64,000 bases of DNA from an uncultured delta proteobacterium (GTDB taxonomy: Bacteria > Desulfobacterota > Binatia > Binatales > Binataceae), in NCBI GenBank assembly GCA_963711565.1, contig CAVQEQ010000003.1, forward strand, positions 1,408,001 to 1,472,000, written 5' to 3'. A program made the translations under genes and the position numbers. The notes under the pieces are model-generated. The model had not been told where the DNA came from. It saw only the letters and a program-made list of their open reading frames with translations, and made no database searches. Below, one piece after another: positions 51,725 through 61,298 of this stretch (positions are counted from its first letter, which is position 1; every line of letters begins with the position of its first letter).

Positions 51725-53314
51725 CTAGCCCCCGTAGGGCGAATACGTAGGCACCGGCGTGGGCGTGAATGCCGGCAGGGCAACGCCAACCGGCAGGTTC
51801 ATCTTGGAATGTCTCGTTTGAACCAGCAGGGTCGGCGCAATGTTGCCGCCGCCCTCGATATCAGGGACATCGGTAAACATCGACAGCGAATCCGCCAAGT
51901 TGTTTACCACGTACAGTGTGTCGAGATCGGCGCTAAGAGCGATGCCCTTCGGCCCCTTGAGTTTCGTGTGGTTGCCGTTGATCGAGCCAATCAGAGTGCC
52001 CTGGTAAAAGAATTCAGTGTCACTGAAATCCGTGAACGCATCAAAGATTTTGATGCCGGGAGGAATTGCGGGGCAGCTTCCGGTGCCGGTCCCCGTACAG
52101 CAACTGTAGGGCGTCTCCGCGCACTCGCACTGCGAGTTGAGTACGGCCGACGTTTTGCCCGCGTCGGTGACGAAAATGATGTCATCTTCGAAGCCATTTG
52201 TGAGAGCTGTAACCCCCAACGGCTCACCGATTGTTCGCTCTGTGTCCGTACCGTTCAAGCCGATGGTAGCACTCGGAAATGTGTCGCCGGACGAGCCGGG
52301 CGCGTATGCGGTTATGAACCGAGGAATAGCAGCGAGGGCGCCTTCCAGGTTGCCGGCGTTGTTCACGACGAACAGGAAGCCATTTTGGTCAAACGCGAGT
52401 TGCTCCGGGCCCGCCAGCAGACTGAGGCATCCGCCGATAGTGGCGTTCTGCACATACTCGGCCTCGGTGAATGGGTTGAGCGCATCCACCGGGCTATTGT
52501 TGTAGGGTTCAACGTTGTTGAGGCCAGGAGTAAACAGTGACCTGTCATACTCAGTGATGGTCCCCAAGCTGGCGCCCGGGGCCGCCACGCCGCAGGTCGT
52601 AGTGGTCGCGCAGGCGGCCTCTCCCGAGTCCGGACCAAGTACTTCGGGAAACTCATTCGCAACCGCCAGGATTTCATGCCCGGTGGGAGTGATCTCATCG
52701 TAGGGGCTTTCAAACGCGACGCCCTGCGGGAAGAACACGCCCGTAGTATTGGGAGCGCCGATCGCGAAATTGGGTGAGCAGATTTCGGCTTCCGGCGCGG
52801 AGTTGCCAGTTGCAGTGTCAGAGAAAATCTCGACCAAGCCGGTTCCATACAGGGGGCTGGTCGCCGGCTCGCCGAAGGGACCGCAACCTACTGGAGGTCC
52901 CAATACCGCGGTAAGCCCGAGAAAGTCGAGCGGCAGAGCTACTGCAATATGCTCGTCGAGCGAACTCACCGAGTCACCGGTTGCGCCAGTGCTGGCGCCC
53001 AACAAAGTGTTGGTGCCCTGAATCAAAAATACGGGCTTCGCACCTTTCCCCCCGCCTTCGGCAAACGTCGCCAGGCTGCCGGCGAACAGAGCGCCGTTAT
53101 TCGACACAACGACCGTGTCGAGCAGATCCGGGCCCTTGTGATGTGGCTTGGCGTAGCTGGTGCCTGCGGTTCCCGCGACCAGCGCCGCGATCGCGAACAC
53201 TGCGGTCACGACCGACAGCCGACGAGCGACCCCCATAAGCCTGCGCGCTCCTGTGGGCGCCAACGAGATCCCATCCCTACCCTGAGTCATCGTCTGCATC
53301 CTTCCATGCGTCAT
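51725..53314 (-). CDS. Secreted acidic beta-propeller (NHL-like) protein with Cys-rich loops
   Basis: Signal peptide; PQGVAF, PEQLAFD..LFVVN, PLGVT, PKGIAL..LYVVN, PVGVAL blades; start uncertain. Confidence 0.7.
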   Translation of the reverse strand: MTHGRMQTMTQGRDGISLAPTGARRLMGVARRLSVVTAVFAIAALVAGTAGTSYAKPHHKGPDLLDTVVVSNNGALFAGSLATFAEGGGKGAKPVFLIQGTNTLLGASTGATGDSVSSLDEHIAVALPLDFLGLTAVLGPPVGCGPFGEPATSPLYGTGLVEIFSDTATGNSAPEAEICSPNFAIGAPNTTGVFFPQGVAFESPYDEITPTGHEILAVANEFPEVLGPDSGEAACATTTTCGVAAPGASLGTITEYDRSLFTPGLNNVEPYNNSPVDALNPFTEAEYVQNATIGGCLSLLAGPEQLAFDQNGFLFVVNNAGNLEGALAAIPRFITAYAPGSSGDTFPSATIGLNGTDTERTIGEPLGVTALTNGFEDDIIFVTDAGKTSAVLNSQCECAETPYSCCTGTGTGSCPAIPPGIKIFDAFTDFSDTEFFYQGTLIGSINGNHTKLKGPKGIALSADLDTLYVVNNLADSLSMFTDVPDIEGGGNIAPTLLVQTRHSKMNLPVGVALPAFTPTPVPTYSPYGG

Positions 53315-53930
53315 GTTGTCTAACCCCCGCCGAGTCGAATCGGTGCCCCGTCTGCTGCGCCTATCTGCCTAAAAACCCCCGCGACCAGTCAGTTAGTTCC
53401 CCACTCGGCAAGCCCTGCTCGAGCCACGCCAAGGTCCGGAAATCCACCGGACGCGCTTCGGTGGTCGTACCTACACTGATCAGATGACAAATTCAAGTGC
53501 GACGTAATCCTTCGTTCATGATCGCTATCAACCGACAAAACAGCTTTCAGTCGTGCGCACTGTCCCCGATCGAAAAGGCACCTTATTCATTCACGCTCGA
53601 AGATGGCAAGTGCAGCCCAAAAAAGTGGCGCACAAATCCGTTGGCCGCCGGCTTCGAATCAGATCGACCGCGGACTGGCGACACCCATGTGTATCGAACT
53701 GACGCAACTGAATCCGAGAGGACCAATTTTCACGCGACTATTTTCGGACTATTGCAGAGATGTGACGGGCGCGTGCACCCTGCTTGACAAGGTACGCAGG
53801 GGAATGGTAGCTAAGCCGCGTTCGTAGGTTTCGTGCGCGCGAATGGGGAATGAGTGTCTGACGCTTGCCTGAGTGAGCAATCAGGCGAGGAGTTCGACGT
53901 AACCGCGAGGGCTCCAGCTTGGGGGTGTCT

Positions 53931-55856
53931 ATGCAGAACGGGATGAAGGGATTCGGCGGAACGCGGTGGCGGAGTTTGTTGGTGGCCGCCGTCGCAACGA
54001 TCGGAACGCTCTGGACCTCGGTCGCAATGGCGACAATCACGCAGGGCGACTTTTCAGTTTTTGGATTTTTCGAAAGTCGCGAGGCGGGCCACTGGGGCGA
54101 AGGCAGCTCCAGCCTGAACTCGACGCCGACGAAGAACGTTATTTCCGGCGGCCAGACCTACGCGGTTCCCGGCAAGGCTTTCGGGATGACGGGCGGCAGC
54201 TACGATTTCAATCATTGGGATCTGGCCGAGATGCGGCAACTTGCCGACGTGCGGCCCGATTACCACACGATCAAGAACTACAAGCTGCTGGGCCGCTTCG
54301 ACACACTGTTCATCAAGGATGCGGATTTCTTTGCGTACTACCGTCCATGGTACGACGCGTTCGGATCCGTGAAGAGCAATGGCCGCGAGCGCCCCAACAC
54401 CAACGTCACTCCGTACTCGCAGAACAACAGCTCCAACAATGGACTCCTGCCGGTTCACTCGATCCAGAACGATTACATGAAGAACGATCTGCGAGAGTGG
54501 TATTCGCAGTTGAACTTTACCGACAACTTCTCGGCACGTATCGGCAAGCAGGAAGTCATCTGGTCGGAAGCCGACGCGCTGTCAGGAACCGAAGTTACCA
54601 ATCCGGTTAACGCGTCGTGGCACGGAGTTTACGGCGCAGAAGCGGCCGAGGATGTGCGCACGAACCTGCGCATGATCAAGTTGAACTACATCCTGCCGGA
54701 CTTCCTTAAGACCGCCAACAACGAGTTGGAAGGCTTCATAATCCCCGGCGACTTCGAGGGCGCCGGAATCATCACCAACAGCGACCCGCGCAGTCCGTGG
54801 ATTGTCCCGGTCGCGCTGGACGGCGGCTGCACGACCTGCGGCACGGGACCGGACAGCCAATGGCCAGTGAGTTACAATCAGAGCGGCCAAGCCCTCAATG
54901 TCAGCGAGCTGCCCAATGCCGACCCCAAAGGGATGATCTTCCTGCCCGTCGGGCAGGCCATCAAGGGGCACGCATCGGGCGAATTCTACGACTTCTACGC
55001 GAAGGATCTCAGCAAGACTCCGTCAAACTCGCTGGAGAACAGCGAATTCGGCGCGCGCTATTCGACCCTGCTGCCGATTGGGAACGGACTCCAGGCCAGC
55101 TTCATCTACTTATATGAATTTCGCAGCGCGCTGGGCGAAACCTGCGCTCAGTGCGGCCCCGGCGCCACTGGCGAACCGGGCGCGACCGCGGTTGCGCCGG
55201 GCGTTTTCGTTCTCCCCGGGTTCTATCTCAACCACCGTAAACCAGGTGTTGTGTCGGGCGGAACCGTTGAGTCGGTTAGCACGACCGACTATCGGCGCAA
55301 TCATTTCTTCGGTTTGACTGGAACTTATTACGACAAAGACTTGACCGACATCGTGTATCGCTACGACTTTTTGTATCAGCCCAAAGATGCGGTCGCCGTT
55401 CCGAGTACGGTCGCTGTCCGGGGCGGAGAATGGACTGAGTTCACGCGCTGGATCATCGCAGCCGACCGTCCGACTTACATCCCGTGGCTGTCCAAGCAGC
55501 ACACGTTCCTGACGGCTCAGTTCACGGAAACGTGGTACCCGGATCGTCCGGCTGGCGCGACGCCTGAAGTAACCACTAACGGCAAGATCCGCCAGCTCAG
55601 CAGCCTGGCGTTCCTCAATGCAACGAACTGGCTGATGAACGGACAGTTAACGGCGAGCAACCTGATCCTGTGGGACATCGACGACAATGTCGGCGAACTC
55701 TCGACCACCAACGTTTACCGCTATTCGCGAAACGTGCTGTTCGGAGTGAACGCACAGTGGTTCCTCGGACAGAGCGGCCGCTTCACTGATCCGTACCTGC
55801 TCAGCCGCGAGCAGCGTTTCAACGAACTCGAGTTCACGTTCACGTACGAAATCTAG
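53931..55856 (+). CDS. DUF1302-like outer-membrane beta-barrel protein
   Basis: Signal peptide AMA; DLREWY, RIGKQEVIWSEAD, EFGARY, C-terminal alternating ELEFTFTYEI. Confidence 0.7.
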   Translation: MQNGMKGFGGTRWRSLLVAAVATIGTLWTSVAMATITQGDFSVFGFFESREAGHWGEGSSSLNSTPTKNVISGGQTYAVPGKAFGMTGGSYDFNHWDLAEMRQLADVRPDYHTIKNYKLLGRFDTLFIKDADFFAYYRPWYDAFGSVKSNGRERPNTNVTPYSQNNSSNNGLLPVHSIQNDYMKNDLREWYSQLNFTDNFSARIGKQEVIWSEADALSGTEVTNPVNASWHGVYGAEAAEDVRTNLRMIKLNYILPDFLKTANNELEGFIIPGDFEGAGIITNSDPRSPWIVPVALDGGCTTCGTGPDSQWPVSYNQSGQALNVSELPNADPKGMIFLPVGQAIKGHASGEFYDFYAKDLSKTPSNSLENSEFGARYSTLLPIGNGLQASFIYLYEFRSALGETCAQCGPGATGEPGATAVAPGVFVLPGFYLNHRKPGVVSGGTVESVSTTDYRRNHFFGLTGTYYDKDLTDIVYRYDFLYQPKDAVAVPSTVAVRGGEWTEFTRWIIAADRPTYIPWLSKQHTFLTAQFTETWYPDRPAGATPEVTTNGKIRQLSSLAFLNATNWLMNGQLTASNLILWDIDDNVGELSTTNVYRYSRNVLFGVNAQWFLGQSGRFTDPYLLSREQRFNELEFTFTYEI

Positions 55857-55996
55857 AAGTCGAATGGACTGATCGGGCGGCTGTGGCGTATGCTACAGCC
55901 GCCTTTGTTTTTCCGGCGCGATGAGGGCATTGCCGCAAGCCTCGTGCGATCGCTGTTCGTTTCGCCCACATCATGGCGCCGGCCGCGTATCCCGCG

Positions 55997-56512
55997 ATGG
56001 ACGATAACTCACAGACACACTGGTACCTCATTCGCACCAAGACCGGTAAGGAGCGCTGGGTCCGCGATCAACTCGCCAACGTGGTGCCGGAGGTTTTCCT
56101 GCCGATGCTCAAGGCGAAGGCGCCGCGATGGGGACGGATGGCGGTGTCGATCGCTCCGCTGTTTCCATGTTACGTGTTCGCCCGGTTCGATCTTCAGACT
56201 CAGTATTTCGACGTCAAGTACATGGCGGGCGTGCGCGCCATCGTGTCGGCGGGAACCGATCCGCTGGCGGTGCCGGCGCCGATAGTGTCGGAGATTCGCC
56301 GCCGCGGCGTGGACGACGTGATCGAAATACCCGACAAACCGATTGGCATCGGCGAGCGCGTCGTCGTGGTCGAGGGTCCTTTCCGCGGGTTCGAAGCAAT
56401 CTTCCAGCGCTATCTGGCCGGCGCGGAGCGAGTGGCGATTCTGCTCAGCGCGGTCGAATCGGGCGGCCTGCGCGTCGTGCTGTCGGCCTCGGCGGTCGTC
56501 AAAGATTCCTGA
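55997..56512 (+). CDS. NusG paralog antiterminator (RfaH/UpxY/LoaP type)
   Basis: WYLIRTK.GKE, PLFPCYVFARF, KOW GERVVVVEGPFRGFEAIF; start 55973 or 55997. Confidence 0.88.
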   Translation: MDDNSQTHWYLIRTKTGKERWVRDQLANVVPEVFLPMLKAKAPRWGRMAVSIAPLFPCYVFARFDLQTQYFDVKYMAGVRAIVSAGTDPLAVPAPIVSEIRRRGVDDVIEIPDKPIGIGERVVVVEGPFRGFEAIFQRYLAGAERVAILLSAVESGGLRVVLSASAVVKDS

Positions 56513-56515
56513 CGG

Positions 56516-57097
56516 ATGCGGTCGCCGCGCCCACTCGCAGTTGTCCGCGCAATGCTGGTGAGCCTCGCGGGAGCGCTCGCGTGCGCGGCTTGCTCCACCA
56601 ACTCGCCCGCGGTCGCATCGGTGCAGAAGAAGGTGCAGGGGCTCCTGGGGCAGCCCAACGTCACGTCGTTTCTTGACGTGAGATTCGGCGACTCCCTGTA
56701 TCGCGTCCAGAACCGTTTCCCAAACGGCAGTCTCGAGACCGCTCCCTACGGCGCTGACACTTATCGCATCAATAATATCGAAGTCGATGGAGTCCGCTAC
56801 CAGCAGGTCAAGTACGAGTTCACGACCTATTCGGGCATGCAGCTCGTGATGGCGTGGTTCACGCCCGATTCGAGCGGCAAGGTGCTCGAGAAACTGGTTG
56901 CGGCCGTCGGTCCACCGACCGAACAGAACAGCGCCAAGAGCAGCGCTCCGGCCGACACGCAGGCCGCCTGGCAGCTTCCCCACGGCGAACGCGTCCTTTT
57001 CGACGGTCCCAAGCGATTCGTCGCGGTGGTGGGACCGGGCGGCGGCCCGCTCAAGCCAGACGCCGCCGAAAATGACACAGCGCTCGACACTCCCTAG
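56516..57097 (+). CDS. Hypothetical lipoprotein
   Basis: Lipobox-like CAAC after a hydrophobic stretch; 3 nt after the NusG paralog. Confidence 0.65.
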   Translation: MRSPRPLAVVRAMLVSLAGALACAACSTNSPAVASVQKKVQGLLGQPNVTSFLDVRFGDSLYRVQNRFPNGSLETAPYGADTYRINNIEVDGVRYQQVKYEFTTYSGMQLVMAWFTPDSSGKVLEKLVAAVGPPTEQNSAKSSAPADTQAAWQLPHGERVLFDGPKRFVAVVGPGGGPLKPDAAENDTALDTP

Positions 57098-57169
57098 TCG
57101 TTCCGCGAAGCACCGGCTCTCGTACTTCCGAAGACATGCGCTGTGAAGCTTGCGAGGCTGGATGCTAGC

Positions 57170-57199
57170 TTGACCCTCGTTTCATTAGCGTGTTATAAC
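57170..57199 (+). promoter_or_regulatory. Sigma70 promoter of the polysaccharide operon
   Basis: TTGACC-N18-TATAAC with extended TGn. Confidence 0.6.
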
Positions 57200-57518
57200 G
57201 CGCTTTCGGAGTTCTCGGCAGTATTAAACTAACCAGATTGGTCCACTGCGGACCAAGTTGCGTCGCCATAGCGCGATTGTAAGAATCTGGGCGGCTATCG
57301 CCCCGGTTCGATGACCGAGGCCTGATAGCGCGGGATGGCGGACGCGTGGCGAAAGCGATTTAAGGTGTTCCAGGCGGATAGAAAGCACCGCCTGTTCGCC
57401 CATGATCAGCTTTCGACCTTTCTTTAATTGCGATTTTAGCTATCATGGCGGGGTTCGCGCTTTATCGGGAACCCGGGTGTTCGCGATTTTCGGGGCGAAG
57501 GCTCCGGGAAATCCTACT

Positions 57519-60500
57519 ATGGGGAGTAACATCAGACAGCTAGTTCCAACGACGTTCAAAGCTCTTGTCGTGCTGTTCGCGGTGCTCTTATTCTTTTCCT
57601 CCGCGCGCGCGCAAATGAACGACTCCGGCGGCGGGGCGCTCGGCGGCGCCGGCGGCCTGAATTCCGGCGCAGCGGCGGGCGCGCAGAACATCGGCACCGA
57701 CGGCGATTCGCAAAATGGCGCAGTGAGCAACACGATGCGGCGTGGATGCGTCGATCCGAGCGATCCTGACGCCGCCGATTCCGGCCTGCCGCCATGCACG
57801 AATTCAGATGGCAGCGCCGACACCGATCAAAGTGCGCAGCCCGCCCAATCAACACTCTCCGGCGGCGGCTCTGGACTGGGTGGCGCATCCGCATTGGGCG
57901 GCGGTCCAGTGATGAGCGGTACGCAGGGCTTCGCCAACACGATGAACCGGCAATCGATGTCGGCAGTAATCCAGCAGCTTGGGATTTCGCCCGACGAACT
58001 CGGCAGTTTGAAAAATGAAATGGCGTCGGGCGGTCTCAGCCCTGACGACATGCAAGAGCTATGTCTCCATTTTGCGGCGAAGCAGCTTAGCGCCACCGAC
58101 GTCGCCGGCATCGCGAAATCGCTCGGCCTGACCTTCACCGATCAACAACTCGCGCAGCTCCGAAGTTGCACTGGACTCGCGGGACAAGGCGGCTCGGATG
58201 AGAGCGCGTCGCCCGGCCAGCAGATGGGCATGACGCCGCCGCAGGGCACGTCGCCGTCAAATCAGCCCGCGTCGTCGGTTGAAGCACAATTCCGCGGGCT
58301 CGATTCTGCGCTCGCGCCCGCCGCGCCGAGCACGCGCAACCTGCAGCAATTCGGCTACTCGCTGTTCGCCTCGCGCGTCTCGACGTTCGCTCCTGTAGCC
58401 AACGTCCCGGTCGGCGACGATTACGTGATCGGTCCGGGCGACGAGCTCAAGATGCTGATGTGGGGACGAATCAACAACACGCTGAATCTGACTGTGGGCC
58501 GCGACGGCTCGGTGAGCATTCCGGAGATCGGTCCGCTGCAGGTCGCTGGTTTGACCTTCGCGCAGACCAAGCAGCTGATCGAGGATCACGCCGGACAAAT
58601 CACCGGCGTCAAAGTCAACGTCACGATGGGCAAGCTCAAGACCATCCAGGTGTTCGTCGTCGGCGAAGTCGAGCAGCCCGGCGCCTACACCGTGAGCGCG
58701 TTGTCGCATGTCTCGAACGCGCTCAGCGCGGCCGGCGGCATCACCAAGATCGGCAGTCTGCGCAAAGTAGAGCTTCGGCGGGGCAATCAGCTCGTCCGCA
58801 CGATCGATCTTTACTCGCTGCTGCTGGCAGGAAACGAGCAGAGTGACGAGCAGCTCCAGCCCGGCGACGTAATCTTCGTGCCGGTCATCGGCCCCGTGGT
58901 TGGAATGGTGGGTGACGTGAAGCGGCCCGCAATCTACGAGCTCGGCAGCTCCGGCGAGCCGCTCACCTCTGTAATCAAGCTCGGCGGTGGAATCAGCGCA
59001 TTCGGTTACTCGCAGCGCGTGCAGGTCGAACGGGTTGACGCTCATGAAAAACGAATCGCGCTCGATGTCGACTTGAATGACATCCGCTCGCAGCGCTTCG
59101 ACATCCGCGACGGCGACCTGATCAAGATTTACCCCGTGCTGCCCACGCAGCAAGACATCGTGACGGTGCGCGGCAGCGTGAATCGTCCCGGCAAGTTCGA
59201 ATGGCACCAGGGGATGCGCGTCTCCGACCTGGTACAGCTCGCGGAAGGCACTGCGCCGCACACGTTTTTCAAGTACGCGCTGATTCGCCGCAAGGAAGGC
59301 AAGGCGCAGACCGTGCGGTTGGTGCCGGTCGATCTTGGCGAGGCGATGGCGGACATTGTCGGCGGACCGCAAGACCTTCCGCTTCTGCAGGAAGACGAGC
59401 TGACCGTGTTCAGCGAGTCGCAGATGAAGTATCTGCCGACCGTGCAGGTCTTTGGCGAGGTGCGCAACCCCGGCTACTACGTGCTGAGCGAGGGCATGCA
59501 CGTCAGCGACCTGATTTACCTCGCGGGCGGACTCAAAGACGACGCATATCAGCAGAACGCCGAACTCGCGCGCACCCAGGTCATCAACGGCAGCCACACC
59601 AGCCACACTTTTATGGACGTCGATTTGCGCGCCGCAACGTCCGGCACCGACCAGAATAATCCCGAACTGATGGCGAACGATCAGCTCTTCGTGCGCCGCG
59701 CCTCGGACTGGCATCTGCCCTGGGTCGTGATGGTTCGCGGGATGGTCGCACGCCCTGGCCCGTACACGATTCATGATGGCGAGAGAATCGCGTCAGTGCT
59801 CGAGCGTGCGGGCGGCTTGATGCCCGAAGCCTATCTCCCCGCGACGGTGTTGATTCGCCAGTCGATAAAGGAGCTTCAGCAAAAGCGACTCGACGAGGCG
59901 CGCGCGCGATTGCAGCAGTCGATCGTGCGCATCCAGATGAATCCGGGCGCAATGAACCAGATGGCTCAAAGCCAGGGCAATCAGAATCCCGCCACCAGTC
60001 CGCAAACGCTCAACGCGCTCGAGCACGTGCTGTCGGAAACCGAAGGCCAGCAAGCGCAGGGCCGCCTCGTCATCCATATGCATCCGCTCAACGAGCTTGC
60101 CAACTCGCCGGATAATGTGGTGCTGGTCGACCAGGACCAGGTGACGATTCCGCGGCGTCCCGACGCCATCAACGTGCTCGGCCAAGTGTACAGTCCCAAC
60201 GCGATCATGTATCGGCCCGGGCTGACCACCAGCGACTACCTCAACCAGGCGGGCGGTCCCAACGAAGGCGCCGACCCCGACCACATCATGGTGATCAAGG
60301 CCGACGGCTCCGTGATGACCGACCAGGGAATCAAGGCGAGCAAGGAGTCCACGATGTTCCCGCTGTTGCCGGTGATATCGGGCGGCCTGATGTCGGCGCG
60401 GCTCGACCCTGGCGATACGGTGTACGTTCCTGAGAAGCTGATTTACGAAAACAAGATGCAGGAGACGGCGACGATTACTCAGATTATTGCTAATGCAGCT

Positions 60501-60542
60501 TCGTCGCTCGCCGTGATAGGAATATTGGGCGCAAGTTTGTAG
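57519..60542 (+). CDS. SLBB-repeat polysaccharide export protein (Wza/KpsD/OtnA-like)
   Basis: FGYSLF, DYVIGPGDEL, multiple V.G.V..PG.Y SLBB units, PGDTVYVP; start ATG 57519. Confidence 0.9.
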   Translation: MGSNIRQLVPTTFKALVVLFAVLLFFSSARAQMNDSGGGALGGAGGLNSGAAAGAQNIGTDGDSQNGAVSNTMRRGCVDPSDPDAADSGLPPCTNSDGSADTDQSAQPAQSTLSGGGSGLGGASALGGGPVMSGTQGFANTMNRQSMSAVIQQLGISPDELGSLKNEMASGGLSPDDMQELCLHFAAKQLSATDVAGIAKSLGLTFTDQQLAQLRSCTGLAGQGGSDESASPGQQMGMTPPQGTSPSNQPASSVEAQFRGLDSALAPAAPSTRNLQQFGYSLFASRVSTFAPVANVPVGDDYVIGPGDELKMLMWGRINNTLNLTVGRDGSVSIPEIGPLQVAGLTFAQTKQLIEDHAGQITGVKVNVTMGKLKTIQVFVVGEVEQPGAYTVSALSHVSNALSAAGGITKIGSLRKVELRRGNQLVRTIDLYSLLLAGNEQSDEQLQPGDVIFVPVIGPVVGMVGDVKRPAIYELGSSGEPLTSVIKLGGGISAFGYSQRVQVERVDAHEKRIALDVDLNDIRSQRFDIRDGDLIKIYPVLPTQQDIVTVRGSVNRPGKFEWHQGMRVSDLVQLAEGTAPHTFFKYALIRRKEGKAQTVRLVPVDLGEAMADIVGGPQDLPLLQEDELTVFSESQMKYLPTVQVFGEVRNPGYYVLSEGMHVSDLIYLAGGLKDDAYQQNAELARTQVINGSHTSHTFMDVDLRAATSGTDQNNPELMANDQLFVRRASDWHLPWVVMVRGMVARPGPYTIHDGERIASVLERAGGLMPEAYLPATVLIRQSIKELQQKRLDEARARLQQSIVRIQMNPGAMNQMAQSQGNQNPATSPQTLNALEHVLSETEGQQAQGRLVIHMHPLNELANSPDNVVLVDQDQVTIPRRPDAINVLGQVYSPNAIMYRPGLTTSDYLNQAGGPNEGADPDHIMVIKADGSVMTDQGIKASKESTMFPLLPVISGGLMSARLDPGDTVYVPEKLIYENKMQETATITQIIANAASSLAVIGILGASL

Positions 60543-60560
60543 CGAGAGCCAGGGGGACTG

Positions 60561-61298
60561 GTGGGGGTTGGGAAAACCATAATCGCGGCCGCGATCTCGT
60601 TTGCGCTCATCGGAGCGGCTTCGGCGCGGGCGCAAGTTGGACCGTCCGGGCGGACGCGCGCGGAGAACGATCGTTTGTTCCGCGCCGCGGCGGAGCTTTA
60701 CAGCATCGATCCCGATCTGCTGGCCGCAATCGCGAGCGTCGAGTCGGGCGGCAATTCCGACGCGGTCTCGCCCAAGGGCGCGCAAGGCCTGATGCAGCTG
60801 ATGCCCGCGACGGCGAACCGCTTTCGCGTGCTCGACCCGTTCGATCCCGTCAGCAACACGCTCGGCGCCGTGCGCTTCATCAGTTTTCTGCGCCAGTATC
60901 GGACCGCACACGGCGACGGCGCGCCTTTGAGCCTTCCCGAGATGCTCGCGGCGTATAACGCGGGCGAAGGCGCGGTTGACAAGTACAACGGTATCCCGCC
61001 GTATCCTGAGACGCAGCAATACGTGCGCAAGGTGCTGGTCGCCTACCTGTTCCGCGACAGCCGCGGCCCGCTTGCGCAGCGGCTGGGAGCGCGTCCGCTG
61101 GAGACGGATTCCGCTATCCAGCCGATTCGTACGAAGCCGGCAATCAGCAAGCTGCAGCCGGTCATCGCGCATCAGAAAACTCCCAAGGTCGATTTGATCG
61201 ACAAGCTCACCGAGATTCAGCGACTGCGACAGGTTGAACTCAGCCGGCAACAACAACAGACCGCCAGCCGCGTCGGTGAACCTGATGGCCCACGCTAA
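60561..61298 (+). CDS. Lytic transglycosylase (SLT domain)
   Basis: IASVESGG, SPKGAQGLMQLMP, LAAYNAGEG, ETQQYV. Confidence 0.92.
   Translation: MGVGKTIIAAAISFALIGAASARAQVGPSGRTRAENDRLFRAAAELYSIDPDLLAAIASVESGGNSDAVSPKGAQGLMQLMPATANRFRVLDPFDPVSNTLGAVRFISFLRQYRTAHGDGAPLSLPEMLAAYNAGEGAVDKYNGIPPYPETQQYVRKVLVAYLFRDSRGPLAQRLGARPLETDSAIQPIRTKPAISKLQPVIAHQKTPKVDLIDKLTEIQRLRQVELSRQQQQTASRVGEPDGPR

Noticed and set aside
58257-59774. Long antisense ORFs (also 16329..17729, 31191..32441, 59793..61337, 63232..63999)
   Set aside because: They are shadow ORFs opposite well-supported genes in high-GC DNA and lack recognisable motifs.
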